The notes: generated by a model not told the origin, from the sequence alone. A stretch of DNA of 64,000 nucleotides from an uncultured cyanobacterium (GCA_963706595.1 OY970166.1:1504001-1568000), one strand, 5' to 3'; shown: positions 52,561 through 62,814, numbered from the stretch's first letter. Translations and numbers: made by a program.

Positions 52561-53712
52561 TTAGTCTTCTTCAGGTTGGAGATCACGGAAAGAATACCTT
52601 TTTTCTGGCGTTCTATCAAGTCTTTCAACAACATCTACAACAACTTGACGATTCACCATAGATCCAATTACATCGTCAATTTCCTCTTTAACATCATAAA
52701 TTTTCTTATTTTCACCATTTACCTTAACTTCAATCCAATCATTATCTAGTTGTAAGCCACGTAATGTACCACGCAATTGAATAATCTGCTGGTCAGAAAA
52801 AATTGGAGAGATTAAGTCCGTCTTTTTCAACACGCTAGTAATAACTTTGCGAGTATCAGGAATAATAACTACGGGAGGTTCTACAAGATTATTCGCTGAC
52901 TTAATCTCAATTTGACTAAACGATTTTCCTGTTGCTGGTGGTGCGAGTTTTCGAGTTAATTTCAAAAATGTATCTCGATATTCTTTGTCAGGTACTATCT
53001 CTACTAGTTTACCTTCTGGATCTTGTGTAGCCCCTCCAACAACTTCCAAGAATTTTTTAGTTATTTGTTCTACCTGCAATTCCATATCCTTCATAAAAGG
53101 AAAGCTTAATTGCTCTTGAGGTTTACGAACACGTACAGCAAATTGATAACTCCCTGGAGGAGCTTGCAAAAGCCAGGGGTTACATAGCTTCTTAACTTCG
53201 GTAGATGGAGCGCCACCCTTACGAAATTCCATATCCAGAAGCATTTCTGTTGTTCGGTAAAAAATATTGCTGATATCTTTTACTTTATCTAAAATAAGAT
53301 CCAGAGGCGCACCACCATAAATAACTTCACCACCACTTACTGAAACTAGCACCTCACCTTCAAGAAATTCAATACCCGATTTTGCAAGAGACTCCTCGAA
53401 ACGGATAACCTGAATAAGCTCTTCTAGCTGTTCTACTGCAAAAGATGGTAACAATTCAGTAGCCAAAAATTTATGAGCAATTCGTTTTGCTTGTTTAAAT
53501 TCACGAGCCTTAAAGTAAAGAGATGCACTACTAACTACCGTTATACCAATTGTTCTGGTCTTATTAGGAGCAAGATCCTCTAACGCACACACCTCTGCAT
53601 CAGCCGCAAGACAGTATAATTCAGCAGCACGGTCAAAGTCTCCCCTTCTAGCTAAATCTTGTGCTTGACTTGCGTACTCTTGACTACGAATGTGATGCTC
53701 TAACCAACTCAT
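52561..53712 (-). CDS. Hypothetical protein with TPR-like helical N-terminus
   Basis: 383 aa; ATGA overlap with the upstream 187-aa gene. Confidence 0.8.
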   Translation of the reverse strand: MSWLEHHIRSQEYASQAQDLARRGDFDRAAELYCLAADAEVCALEDLAPNKTRTIGITVVSSASLYFKAREFKQAKRIAHKFLATELLPSFAVEQLEELIQVIRFEESLAKSGIEFLEGEVLVSVSGGEVIYGGAPLDLILDKVKDISNIFYRTTEMLLDMEFRKGGAPSTEVKKLCNPWLLQAPPGSYQFAVRVRKPQEQLSFPFMKDMELQVEQITKKFLEVVGGATQDPEGKLVEIVPDKEYRDTFLKLTRKLAPPATGKSFSQIEIKSANNLVEPPVVIIPDTRKVITSVLKKTDLISPIFSDQQIIQLRGTLRGLQLDNDWIEVKVNGENKKIYDVKEEIDDVIGSMVNRQVVVDVVERLDRTPEKRYSFRDLQPEED

Positions 53713-54272
53713 GATGATTCATCGACCGTTTGAAGTAAAATTAACTGTGTGCGAAATCCAACTACGGCTGCTATGGCGGGTTTATTACTGTTGCCTTGTT
53801 TTGTTTGCTCAACCTTTTGTTTAAGGCGATTTTTAACGTCATATTTTTTATCACTCTGTGTTCCTGACACCTCAAGTCGGAAACAATCCTCTAAATCTTC
53901 CAAATCTTCCATATCTTCACCAATTGGAGCGATATAATAATCAGCACCAGTGAGTCTTTCTGCTCGTTGTATGGCAAACATACCTCTTAAAAGTTCTGTA
54001 GCTGCAAGTGCTAAAGCATAAGCTCCATCTCTAGTTGCATCATCGGTGTTAGCCCATGTTGCCTTGACTCTATTATCTGCTGAATCCCACTCCACCTTTG
54101 CCACGGATTCTGCTTTATCGTTCTCCAAAGTAAATTCCTTGGGCGAAATGTGATGTTTATCAAGAGAGACTCTTGCAGCTTGCAGATAACTACCGGCAAG
54201 TTCGGATGTAAGTGCGTAATGTCGATTAGCCATGTCTTGTAGAGGTAACAAGGGCAGATTGTTGTCAGTCAA
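53709..54272 (-). CDS. Hypothetical protein, possible divergent PD-(D/E)xK-fold nuclease
   Basis: TTG start; GADYY...RLEVSG motif spacing. Confidence 0.65.
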   Translation of the reverse strand: MTDNNLPLLPLQDMANRHYALTSELAGSYLQAARVSLDKHHISPKEFTLENDKAESVAKVEWDSADNRVKATWANTDDATRDGAYALALAATELLRGMFAIQRAERLTGADYYIAPIGEDMEDLEDLEDCFRLEVSGTQSDKKYDVKNRLKQKVEQTKQGNSNKPAIAAVVGFRTQLILLQTVDESS

Positions 54273-54363
54273 GGTTTTCCCCCATATAAATGAAGTATTT
54301 TTGTATTAAAGTAGTCTATTACACTTATTTAATATGATCAGGTAGGCAATATGCAAGAGGCGA

Positions 54364-54645
54364 TCACATTTTTCCTGTTAATTTACCCCACTGCGGTGCT
54401 TGACTCTTTAAAAGAGATAATTCCCACAGTTGAAGTTTAAGCTCAATCTCCTCATCAGTAAAACCAAATTGCCGAAAAATCCGTAAAACATAACCCGGTG
54501 ACATTTCCCTTGCACCCATATCTATAGGAACTACTCTCCTTTTACCTTCAACTTCACGAGTATATAAACAATGATCACCTTTTCCCTCTCTATGAAATGT
54601 GCAACCTGCTTGTTCTAATAACTTAATTAATTCCTTGGGTTTCAA
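54364..54645 (-). CDS. hicA: HicA family toxin (native start codon possibly mutated)
   Basis: KPKELIKLLEQAGC...GKGDH...VVPI; downstream of hicB. Confidence 0.8.
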   Translation of the reverse strand: MKPKELIKLLEQAGCTFHREGKGDHCLYTREVEGKRRVVPIDMGAREMSPGYVLRIFRQFGFTDEEIELKLQLWELSLLKSQAPQWGKLTGKM

Positions 54646-54658
54646 AAAAGGTATATTT

Positions 54659-54922
54659 TTACGCAGAAACCTTCCTCAATTCATAGATTTCTGATTGTTT
54701 TTTTTCTTCAACTAACAAAAATTCATGTAATTCATCTATAGAAATAGGAGATTTATAAATATTATCTTCTGATTCATAAACAACTTCAAAAGATTCGATT
54801 GCTTCCTTTAATTTATTAACTGCATCTTCTTGAGTATCTCCCTGTCCAACAACACCATTTTCTAAACATAAACCCACCCAAGAACCGAAGCTTTGTCTGA
54901 GGATAACGGTGTAAAAGTTCAT
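54659..54922 (-). CDS. hicB: HicB family antitoxin (short form)
   Basis: WVGLCLENGVVGQGDTQEDAVNKLKEAI. Confidence 0.85.
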   Translation of the reverse strand: MNFYTVILRQSFGSWVGLCLENGVVGQGDTQEDAVNKLKEAIESFEVVYESEDNIYKSPISIDELHEFLLVEEKKQSEIYELRKVSA

Positions 54923-54971
54923 TTTTGTTTCCCTATTGATTAAATTTAGGATTAAGAGAAAGTATTAATCT

Positions 54972-55063
54972 ACAGCAAACTCAGTCAATTTACGAGTTTC
55001 AGGATCATGAAAAGCTAAAACAATATCCTCTTTGGGTACACCTTCCCTTAATAACTCAGTTGC
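54972..55063 (-). pseudogene. 92-bp duplicate of the xisI 3' end
   Basis: Near-identical direct repeat of 55831-55922 with 3 mismatches seen. Confidence 0.9.
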
Positions 55064-55079
55064 TTTGATAGAGTTAAAA

Positions 55080-55460
55080 TTATTCCTTTTCCAATCTATC
55101 AAAAGGATTAAGTAATTTTAATTCATTAATCCAACGGAAATCATCAATATTTCTAGTTACAACAGTTAAATTATAAACTAATGCTGTTCCGGCAATAATA
55201 GCATCTCCTAAAGAAATTTTTTTAATTTGTTTTAGTTTCACAGCTTGCTCAATTACTGCTTGAGAAACTGGTAAAATTTGAGAAGCATTAAAAAATTCTT
55301 CAAAATAGGTTTTATCCTCATCATTTAGTTGATGATAACCCAAGACTTCGAGATAGGAAAGAGCAGATACATAAGGAGAATTTTCTGCAATAAACTCCCT
55401 TAAAAACTCATTTTCTACTTGTGCTGCATAGATAATAATATTGCTATCAACTAACATCAT
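55080..55460 (-). CDS. vapC: VapC PIN-domain toxin
   Basis: LVDSNIIIY, SYLEVLG, DAIIAGTA, VTRNIDDF. Confidence 0.92.
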   Translation of the reverse strand: MMLVDSNIIIYAAQVENEFLREFIAENSPYVSALSYLEVLGYHQLNDEDKTYFEEFFNASQILPVSQAVIEQAVKLKQIKKISLGDAIIAGTALVYNLTVVTRNIDDFRWINELKLLNPFDRLEKE

Positions 55461-55733
55461 TTAATCACGATTAGGAAGAGATTGATCTTGACGAATTTCT
55501 TGTTGCCATTTCTGCGGATCAATTTCGGCGAAAATATTCTTTTTTGAGATTTTCCTTAACGCTTCTGCCATTTTTTGACCATCAGACTTGGTTTTAGCTG
55601 TTGCTGTTTCTTCTAATAAAGTAATATGCACCTTCATTGAACTATTTAATTCTATTTCAGGAGTTTCATCAACCCATTGAATAGAGTTGTTTTTCAAAAT
55701 AGCGTTAAAAGTTTTTAACATGATCTTGTTCAC
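55461..55733 (-). CDS. Cognate antitoxin-like protein
   Basis: Abuts vapC; IDPQKWQQEIRQDQSLPNRD C-terminus. Confidence 0.75.
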   Translation of the reverse strand: MNKIMLKTFNAILKNNSIQWVDETPEIELNSSMKVHITLLEETATAKTKSDGQKMAEALRKISKKNIFAEIDPQKWQQEIRQDQSLPNRD

Positions 55734-55754
55734 CTATTAATAATTGGCTAATCA

Positions 55755-55799
55755 AGGTAAGCCATCAAGACTCACCCTCACTCACATTATACTAACAAA
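55755..55799. repeat. Duplicate of the acnB last codons plus downstream hairpin
   Basis: AGGTAAGCCATCAAGACTCACCC...ACATTATACTAACAAA matches 56595-56638. Confidence 0.85.
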
Positions 55800-55823
55800 A
55801 CTTACTACTGTTGATAAACTTCT

Positions 55824-56168
55824 TTAAGCCACAGCAAACTCAGTCAATTTACGAGTTTCTGGATCATGAAAAGCTAAAACAATATCCTCTTTTGGTACAC
55901 CTTCTCTTAATAACTCAGTTGCAATTCCTTCCTCAGTCCAATCTTCCTCAATGTAAATCTTCTCATTTTTAATCCGAACATAAACAGTAATTGCTGTAAT
56001 CTTTTTCTCATCATGCCAACCAACTTGAAACCAAATATATTGATCTCTTTTTTCATCCAAAGCTAAGACGCTATCAACTCCAGAAGGATTAGGCGTTTGT
56101 GATGCTAATTGTTCATATTCTGTCAGAATTTTTTTAATTAAGTTGCGATAAATTGTTAGTTTATCCAT
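55824..56168 (-). CDS. xisI: XisI family protein
   Basis: MDKL..YRNLIKKIL, KIYIEEDWTEEGIATELLREGVPKEDIVLAFH. Confidence 0.93.
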   Translation of the reverse strand: MDKLTIYRNLIKKILTEYEQLASQTPNPSGVDSVLALDEKRDQYIWFQVGWHDEKKITAITVYVRIKNEKIYIEEDWTEEGIATELLREGVPKEDIVLAFHDPETRKLTEFAVA

Positions 56169-56572
56169 TGAACAATTTCCTCCTTTTTCAAATCAACAAC
56201 AATTAAGAGTAAATTACTTTCTTCAATTACCATTGAAATCGCGTTTTGTTGAAAAAATGATTGATAAATAGCCTTACCAATCCCTAAGTAAATTTTAGTT
56301 TCCGGTAAAATAGCTTTTAATAAAGTACGATAAATAATATATTGACCTAAAGCTGTTTCAAATTCACGCATCGGTGAACGACTAATAAAACTTTTAATTT
56401 CTACAATAATTTGCTGTCCATTCCGTTCAATTTCTAAAGTTCTATCAGCAAGTAAATCAGCAAATAACTGAATTTTTTCATATTTAATGGTATAAGGATC
56501 AGCCGTAATTGTCCAACCATCTTTAATTAAAGCATTTTTAACCGCATCATGGTAAGTATCTTTTGCTGGCAT
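56156..56572 (-). CDS. xisH: XisH family protein (restriction endonuclease-like fold)
   Basis: MPAKDTYHDAVKNALIKDGWTITADP, VEIKSF, ALGQYIIY. Confidence 0.93.
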   Translation of the reverse strand: MPAKDTYHDAVKNALIKDGWTITADPYTIKYEKIQLFADLLADRTLEIERNGQQIIVEIKSFISRSPMREFETALGQYIIYRTLLKAILPETKIYLGIGKAIYQSFFQQNAISMVIEESNLLLIVVDLKKEEIVQWIN

Positions 56573-56625
56573 TGTCACGCTGTTAATAACGTTCAGGTGA
56601 GCCATCAAGACTCACCCCAATTACA

Positions 56626-59253
56626 TTATACTAACAAAGCCTGTTCCTCCTGACTAATCACCCTACCTTCATCCTCAAAACCGGCGATTTGATCAAAGTT
56701 CAAATACCGATACAAATCATCAGCAAAAGGATGAATCTTTTCTGCTACAATATCCAAGTATTCCTGCACTGTGGGAATGCGTCCCAACAACGCACAAACT
56801 GCGGCTAATTCTGCCGAACCAAGGTAAACTCGCGCGTCTTTACCCATGCGATTGTTGAAGTTACGCGTTGAGGTAGAAAACACAGTTGTACCATCTTCAA
56901 CTCGCGCCTGATTACCCATACATAAACTACATCCAGGCATTTCTGTACGCGCATTCGCAGCTTCAAAGGTTTCATACACACCTTCTTGCTTTAATTGATA
57001 TTCATCCATGCGGGTGGGTGGACAAATCCACAAACGGGCTTGCACTGCACCAGCACCTTCTAATACTTTACCAGTGGCGCGATAATGACCGATATTGGTC
57101 ATACAAGAACCTACAAATACTTCTTGTACTGGGTCATTAGCAACTTCCGATAATAATTTCACGTTATCAGGGTCATTGGGTGCAGCTACAATTGGTTCTG
57201 TGATTTCGTTCAAATCAATTTCAATGATTTCTGCATATTCCGCATCTGCATCAGCTTCCATTAGCGTGGGGTTGGCTAACCATTCTTCCATTTTCGCTAC
57301 ACGGCGCATAATGGTACGTGCATCTGTGTAACCCCTAGCTACCATGTTCTTTAACAGACTGACATTGGAACGCAGATATTCAGAAACTGTCTCAATACTC
57401 AGCTTAATTGTACAACCTGCACAAGAACGTTCTGCGGAAGCGTCGGTAAGTTCAAAGGCTTGTTCTACTTTCAAATCTGGTAAACCTTCCAATTCCAAAA
57501 TTCGCCCTGAGTAGATATTTTTCTTATTTTTCTTCTCTACTGTCAGCAAACCTTTTTGAATCGCAACGTAGGGAATGGCGTTGACAATATCTCGTAAGGT
57601 GATGCCGGGTTGCAATTCTCCTTTGAAGCGGACTAATACTGATTCTGGCATATCTAAGGGCATGACACCCAATGCACCGGCAAAGGCTACTAACCCCGAA
57701 CCAGCAGGAAAGGATATACCCAAGGGGAAGCGGGTGTGGGAATCGCCACCTGTTCCCACAGTATCGGGTAACAGCATCCGGTTTAGCCAAGAGTGAATAA
57801 TACCATCTCCAGGACGTAAGGCGACACCTGCGCGTTGGGCAAAGAAATCTGGTAATTCTTGGTGAGTTTTAATGTCTACTGGTTTGGGATAAGCCGCAGT
57901 GTGACAGAAACTCTGCATTACTAAGTCTGCACTGAAACCAAGACAGGCGAGTTCTTTTAATTCGTCGCGGGTCATGGGACCTGTGGTATCTTGGGAACCA
58001 ATGGTAGTCATTAGGGGTTCGCATGATGTCCCCGGACGAACACCGGCTAAACCGCAAGCTTTACCCACCATTTTCTGGGCGAGGGTGTAACCTTTGCCTG
58101 TATCGTTGGGTTGTTGAGGACGAATAAATATATTGCTGGGTTCTAAACCCAATGCTTCGCGGGTTTTGTCGGTGAGGGTACGTCCAACCAGTAGGGGAAT
58201 GCGTCCACCTGCGCGGACTTCATCAAAGATGGTTTCGGGTTTGAGGGTGAAGGTGGAAATGACTTCGCCGGCTTCGTTGGTGATTTCGCCTTTGTAGGGA
58301 TGTATGGTAATTACCATACCGGTTTCTAAGTTGCTGACATCGCATTCAATGGGCAAAGCACCGGCATCTTCGGCAGTGTTGAAGAAAATTGGCGCGATCG
58401 CACTACCTAAAATATAACCCCCCGCGCGTTTGTTTGGTACATAGGGTATATCATTTCCTAAATGCCACAATACTGAGTTAATGGCAGATTTGCGCGAGGA
58501 ACCAGTACCGACAACATCGCCGACGTAAGCTAGTGGATGTCCTTTTTGCTTTAACTCGGCAATGGTTTCTAAACTTCCCGGTTGCCGTGACTCTAGCATG
58601 GCTAAGGCGTGTAAGGGAATATCCGGGCGGGTGGTAGCGTGGGTAGCTGGGGATAAGTCATCGGTGTTGGTTTCCCCAGGGACTTTAAACACGGTGACAG
58701 TAATTGCTTCTGGTACTGTGGGGCGAATAGTAAACCATTCCGCATTCGCCCAAGAGTCAACTACTCGCTTGGCGAAAGGATTTGTTTGGGATAATTCCAA
58801 AACATCATGAAAGGCATCATACACCAAAAGGATTTTACTCAGGGCGGCTGCGGCGTAAGCGGCGATGGGTTCTCTACCTTCACCCTTCATGACTAAAGGT
58901 GTTTCTCCGTCTTCTGATTCTCCACTGGAAACTTGCAGCAAATCAATGAGAGATTGCACGTTGTATCCGCCTACCATTGTTCCCAATAATTCTACTGCGG
59001 CGATGGGAGAAACTAAAGGACTGGTAATTTCCCTTTTAGCAATGGCGGTGAGAAATCCCGCTTTCACATAAGCTGCTTCATCTACACCGGGGGGTACGCG
59101 ATCGCACAATAAATGTAATAATGTATCTTCTTCACCCTCTGGTGGATTTTGCAGCAATTCGCACAGTTCTGAGGTCTGCTTCGCATCCAATGGTAAAGGG
59201 GGAATACCGAGTTGGGCGCGTTCCGCAACATGATGACGGTATTGTTCTAGCAT
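56626..59253 (-). CDS. acnB: Aconitate hydratase B
   Basis: [47 protein letters not shown]. Confidence 0.98.
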   Translation of the reverse strand: MLEQYRHHVAERAQLGIPPLPLDAKQTSELCELLQNPPEGEEDTLLHLLCDRVPPGVDEAAYVKAGFLTAIAKREITSPLVSPIAAVELLGTMVGGYNVQSLIDLLQVSSGESEDGETPLVMKGEGREPIAAYAAAALSKILLVYDAFHDVLELSQTNPFAKRVVDSWANAEWFTIRPTVPEAITVTVFKVPGETNTDDLSPATHATTRPDIPLHALAMLESRQPGSLETIAELKQKGHPLAYVGDVVGTGSSRKSAINSVLWHLGNDIPYVPNKRAGGYILGSAIAPIFFNTAEDAGALPIECDVSNLETGMVITIHPYKGEITNEAGEVISTFTLKPETIFDEVRAGGRIPLLVGRTLTDKTREALGLEPSNIFIRPQQPNDTGKGYTLAQKMVGKACGLAGVRPGTSCEPLMTTIGSQDTTGPMTRDELKELACLGFSADLVMQSFCHTAAYPKPVDIKTHQELPDFFAQRAGVALRPGDGIIHSWLNRMLLPDTVGTGGDSHTRFPLGISFPAGSGLVAFAGALGVMPLDMPESVLVRFKGELQPGITLRDIVNAIPYVAIQKGLLTVEKKNKKNIYSGRILELEGLPDLKVEQAFELTDASAERSCAGCTIKLSIETVSEYLRSNVSLLKNMVARGYTDARTIMRRVAKMEEWLANPTLMEADADAEYAEIIEIDLNEITEPIVAAPNDPDNVKLLSEVANDPVQEVFVGSCMTNIGHYRATGKVLEGAGAVQARLWICPPTRMDEYQLKQEGVYETFEAANARTEMPGCSLCMGNQARVEDGTTVFSTSTRNFNNRMGKDARVYLGSAELAAVCALLGRIPTVQEYLDIVAEKIHPFADDLYRYLNFDQIAGFEDEGRVISQEEQALLV

Positions 59254-59478
59254 TTTGTGTTCTCCATTGGGATGTTCTCCCCTTAATTATGAAATATTTT
59301 TAGGCAAATCTTGGCTATAAAAGTTTACCTGATTTTTATAGCTGAAAGCCTTACGGGTAATTGATTATTAGGAATTTGGTTTTATACTGAAAGTATAGTT
59401 TTTGTTAATTCAATATCTTTCACCTCTGATATAAAATTATCAACTCAGTTTAGTGTTGTTTTATAATCAGACTTGGGT

Positions 59479-59583
59479 TATGGCAATTCCCATTCCAGTG
59501 AAGTACAAGCAGTAATAATTAAACGCAGATAAACGCAGATAAACGCAGATAATTTGGTACGTCAATAGAACAGGAAATGCTAT
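59479..59583. mobile_element. MITE-like element with ~27-bp imperfect terminal inverted repeats and internal (AAACGCAGAT)x3
   Basis: ATGGCAATTCCCATTCCAGTGAAGTAC versus the reverse complement of GTACGTCAATAGAACAGGAAATGCTAT, 20/27 matches by eye. Confidence 0.6.
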
Positions 59584-59590
59584 TGATAAT

Positions 59591-60511
59591 TTATTCTGAT
59601 TGTGGGTTTAACCAAGCTTCTAAATCAGCAACACTAGAAAAGTCTAATAACGCCTCTCCTAAGTTCTCTAATTGTTCAATCGATAATCCTGCGATTCGCT
59701 CAATTAATAACGCATCAATTTCACCGATACGGCGATGGAGTAGACGCATTATTAAGTCTTTTTCTCCCTGTTGTATTCCCTGTTGTATTCCCTGTTGTAT
59801 TCCTTCTTCTTTAGCTTTTTCTCTATCTCTTTGATAAAGTGGTTCTAATCGCATAATTAACTCCCTATCATCTGCTTCTAGTTCTTGATTTACTTTCAAG
59901 TTTTCACGCAAGTTGTAAACTAATTCCAGGGTCGCTTTCTGGTATGGATGATCTAATGGTAACGCTTGCAACTCGATAATTGCTTGTGATTGTACGCTTC
60001 CCCTACCCAAAAGTCTCAACCATAAAGTTTCCGGTGTTTGCGGTAGTTGGTGTATCGCCACAATTACTGTCCGCAAGGCATCTGCTAGAAAATGTACTCC
60101 CGATAACCAACCTTGTTTTTGAACTGTTCCAAAGCTAGATAACCGAGTTTCAGATATGGTGGGGGTTAAAATCCACAACTTAGGAATTTCCGACTCCTGA
60201 ACTTTGATTTTATTGGCTTTGGCTTCTCGTCGCAATAAAGCCTTGATTTCTAATAATTTCAGAATACAGTCGCAGATTTCATCGCTAGAAGCTGGATTGC
60301 GGTATGGTTCTATTATTGCAGGATGTTCGGCAAGTCTTCCTAGTAACCCCAGTATTTGTAAATTAGCACTTTTTTGTTTAGCAGGTGTGAATAAAACATC
60401 TATTTCTTTAATCTCTCCTGAGACTTTTTCTGATGCTTTGACTTCTCCGTAATCTTTTAATAATTCTTCTAGATAGTCTTTAGCGAATTTATCATGTATA
60501 AACCTAGTCAT
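59591..60511 (-). CDS. Rpn-like/PD-(D/E)xK-type protein with C-terminal DUF4351
   Basis: HDKFAKDYLEELL, EIDVLF, IIEPYRN; (GIQQ)3; LSIEQLENLGEALLDFSSVADLEAWL. Confidence 0.8.
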   Translation of the reverse strand: MTRFIHDKFAKDYLEELLKDYGEVKASEKVSGEIKEIDVLFTPAKQKSANLQILGLLGRLAEHPAIIEPYRNPASSDEICDCILKLLEIKALLRREAKANKIKVQESEIPKLWILTPTISETRLSSFGTVQKQGWLSGVHFLADALRTVIVAIHQLPQTPETLWLRLLGRGSVQSQAIIELQALPLDHPYQKATLELVYNLRENLKVNQELEADDRELIMRLEPLYQRDREKAKEEGIQQGIQQGIQQGEKDLIMRLLHRRIGEIDALLIERIAGLSIEQLENLGEALLDFSSVADLEAWLNPQSE

Positions 60512-60743
60512 TAAATTTTGATATTGTGTAAAATTCGGGTTAATTCAAAGTTTTATTATATACCAGTTTTGAATTATCCGTAAGAGGATGTCTGAAAAAA
60601 TATTAGTGTTGTATTCAATTGAAAGTAATAGCGATTTTATCAGCTTTCGAGATTTAACCTAAATTTTTTTTGTGAAATTTGAATATCTTTAATTAATTCA
60701 GATACAATAATATGTTTGTCTGTTGCATCACCTGATTTTATAT

Positions 60744-61064
60744 ATGTCCAACATTTACACCGTTGAAATTAACCACCAAGGTAAAATTTATACTTTACAA
60801 GTTCCTGAAAATGAGACTATCTTATCAGTGGCTGAAGCTGCTGGTCTAGGTTTTCCCAATTCTTGTAATGCAGGCGTTTGTACAACTTGCGCTGGTCTAA
60901 TTACTGAGGGAACTGTAGACCAATCTGATTGTATGGGTGTTAGTTCCGAACTGCAAAAACAAGGTTATGCTTTGCTTTGTGTTTCTTATCCCCGTTCTGA
61001 TTTGAAAATTGAGACGGAAAAGGAAGACGTAGTTTATCAATTGCAGTTTGGTAAAAACCAATAA
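60744..61064 (+). CDS. Plant-type 2Fe-2S ferredoxin
   Basis: PNSCNAGVCTTC...ALLCVSYPRSD. Confidence 0.93.
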   Translation: MSNIYTVEINHQGKIYTLQVPENETILSVAEAAGLGFPNSCNAGVCTTCAGLITEGTVDQSDCMGVSSELQKQGYALLCVSYPRSDLKIETEKEDVVYQLQFGKNQ

Positions 61065-61212
61065 TCAGTTATCAGTTATCAGTTATCAGTTATCAGTTAT
61101 TTGATGACTGGTAACTGATTAGAAAGATGAATGAACCGCCTTCTCTTACGAGACGCTACGCGAACGCGTAGCGTATGCCCCCAGGGCGTTAGTCGCCAAG
61201 TTCGCCAAGGAA
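61065..61212. repeat. (ATCAGTT)n heptamer tract followed by nested short dispersed repeats
   Basis: Five tandem ATCAGTT; GACGCTACGCGAACGCGTAGCGT palindrome within a CGCCAAG repeat. Confidence 0.8.
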
Positions 61213-61293
61213 AGAGTGGGAAGATTTTAGGAGTGATTTATAACTGCTATATTAAGTTATTCTAGAAACTGGACATATAAAGGACTTACCTCT

Positions 61294-61476
61294 ATGACAA
61301 CTCATTTTATTACCGCAGAAGTTGATTTGCAAGAAACTCCGACTGAGTTGGAAAAGGCAATTGAGGCTGAGTTGCAAAAGCAGGGTGAACCTCTACGTTG
61401 GGCGATTACTTCTGTGGATGAATCACAGCAAAAGGCTACTGTTGAAGCTGTTGTGACTACAGCAGATTCCGAGTAA
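61294..61476 (+). CDS. Small conserved cyanobacterial hypothetical protein
   Basis: AAGGA RBS; GEPLRWAIT...VEAVVT. Confidence 0.75.
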   Translation: MTTHFITAEVDLQETPTELEKAIEAELQKQGEPLRWAITSVDESQQKATVEAVVTTADSE

Positions 61477-61506
61477 TCAGTTATGAGTGATGAGTGCAGA
61501 AAATTC

Positions 61507-61790
61507 TCACTCATCATCCTCAATAAAAAAATCATCTTCTTCTGCATAAGTTACTTTAATTAAATCTGTGTCAGAATAAAAAAGTTTTTTTATTAATGAT
61601 TCACAAAGTTTTATTCTGTAGTCATCAAATCCATCACCTCCAAATAAGTGAATCCTGGTAATTAGTTGTTTATTTACTGAATTAGGATATTCTGAAAAGT
61701 AGTACCAGTAAGCAAAGACTTGTCCTACAGCGTGTTTCCAGTTTTTGATATCTTTTACTTCAATCACTTCTTTATCTGTGATTAACAAAA
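61507..61790 (-). pseudogene. 5'-truncated PD-(D/E)xK-like nuclease domain fragment
   Basis: LITDKEVIEVKDIKNWKHAVGQV..Y...RIHLFG; no room for an N-terminus before the divergent gene at 61798. Confidence 0.5.
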
Positions 61791-61797
61791 GAGAATT

Positions 61798-61944
61798 ATG
61801 CAACGTCCTTATACAGCGATTTTAATTATACCTACTGGAGTGGGTGCTGCCATTGGCGGTTATGCGGGTGATGCTTTGCCTGTAGCTAAGGTTATATCAC
61901 AGGTGTGCGGTAAGCGCAGCTATGCCGCCCTTGCTTATCGCTTA
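61798..61944 (+). pseudogene. N-terminal fragment of a DUF3326-like gene truncated at a HIP1-derived site
   Basis: LIIPTGVGAAIGGYAGDALPVA; similarity ends where ...VC(DR)LITHPN would be expected. Confidence 0.7.
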
Positions 61945-62814
61945 GTTTATGCGGTAGGCTTTGGGAGTTATTCCTGTGATTTGTCGAAATTGCCTAGTAA
62001 AGTGACTATGGCTATCGAACCCGCAAGCCAAAGCGATTTCCACTAAAGACTGGTTTGTGTGTTTCAAGAGTTGCTTTGCCCGTTCAACTCGCTGTTGTAG
62101 CAGATATTGGTGGGGCGATAATCCCATCGATTGTTTAAATAAACGGCTGAAATGAGATTGGCTCATTTTAGCTAACTGAGCCAAATCGGCAAGTTTAAGA
62201 TTCTGATCTAAAGCTTCATCAATATAATGTGTGATCTGGAGCAGTTTGTGATCCCCCAATCCCTGGTTGAACTGAGTAATACGGGGGTGAATAGCAGAGT
62301 AATCCTGAAGCAAGTTTACTACCAGGGCATTTGCTAATGACTCAAGGTATAGTCGCCCCATCCGACCACCCTGGTGTAATTCGGTTTGCAGTAACCGCAA
62401 AAGTTGCTCTAGTTGAGGATTGCGAACCTGAAATGCAGGCATCACGTCTACTCGGTTGGGATTTAGTTCGAGAGCCTCTTCAGCAACCTGTTGAAGAAAC
62501 GATGAGGAAATTTGCACATACAGATAGTGATGATGATCTTCAGCGTAGTAGCTGCTGGGGATGCCAGATGGGGTAATGCAAAGATCACCTTGGCGATACA
62601 GACCGATATGGTGGTAATTACCCACACTCTCATAAGTTCGATGAGGTTGAGTCGTGAGGATCAAAATAATTACGGGATCGACTTCTGCTGGAAACTCCAT
62701 GCCACCAGATGGCTGCTGATACTCTTGAACTAAAACAGACTTCCAGCCTAGATTCTGACTGGAAACAATCGGTAATCTTGGATTCTGGTTGATTTCGGAA
62801 TGAGAGACTTTCAT
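61942..62814 (-). CDS. AraC family transcriptional regulator
   Basis: LADLAQLAKMSQSHFSRLFKQSMGLSPHQY...IALACGFDSHSHFTRQFRQITGITPKAYR. Confidence 0.95.
   Translation of the reverse strand: MKVSHSEINQNPRLPIVSSQNLGWKSVLVQEYQQPSGGMEFPAEVDPVIILILTTQPHRTYESVGNYHHIGLYRQGDLCITPSGIPSSYYAEDHHHYLYVQISSSFLQQVAEEALELNPNRVDVMPAFQVRNPQLEQLLRLLQTELHQGGRMGRLYLESLANALVVNLLQDYSAIHPRITQFNQGLGDHKLLQITHYIDEALDQNLKLADLAQLAKMSQSHFSRLFKQSMGLSPHQYLLQQRVERAKQLLKHTNQSLVEIALACGFDSHSHFTRQFRQITGITPKAYRIN

Noticed and set aside
59314..59342. GCTATAAAA...TTTTATAGC inverted repeat upstream of acnB
   Set aside because: Could be an operator or hairpin, but it is AT-rich and short and I cannot assign it.
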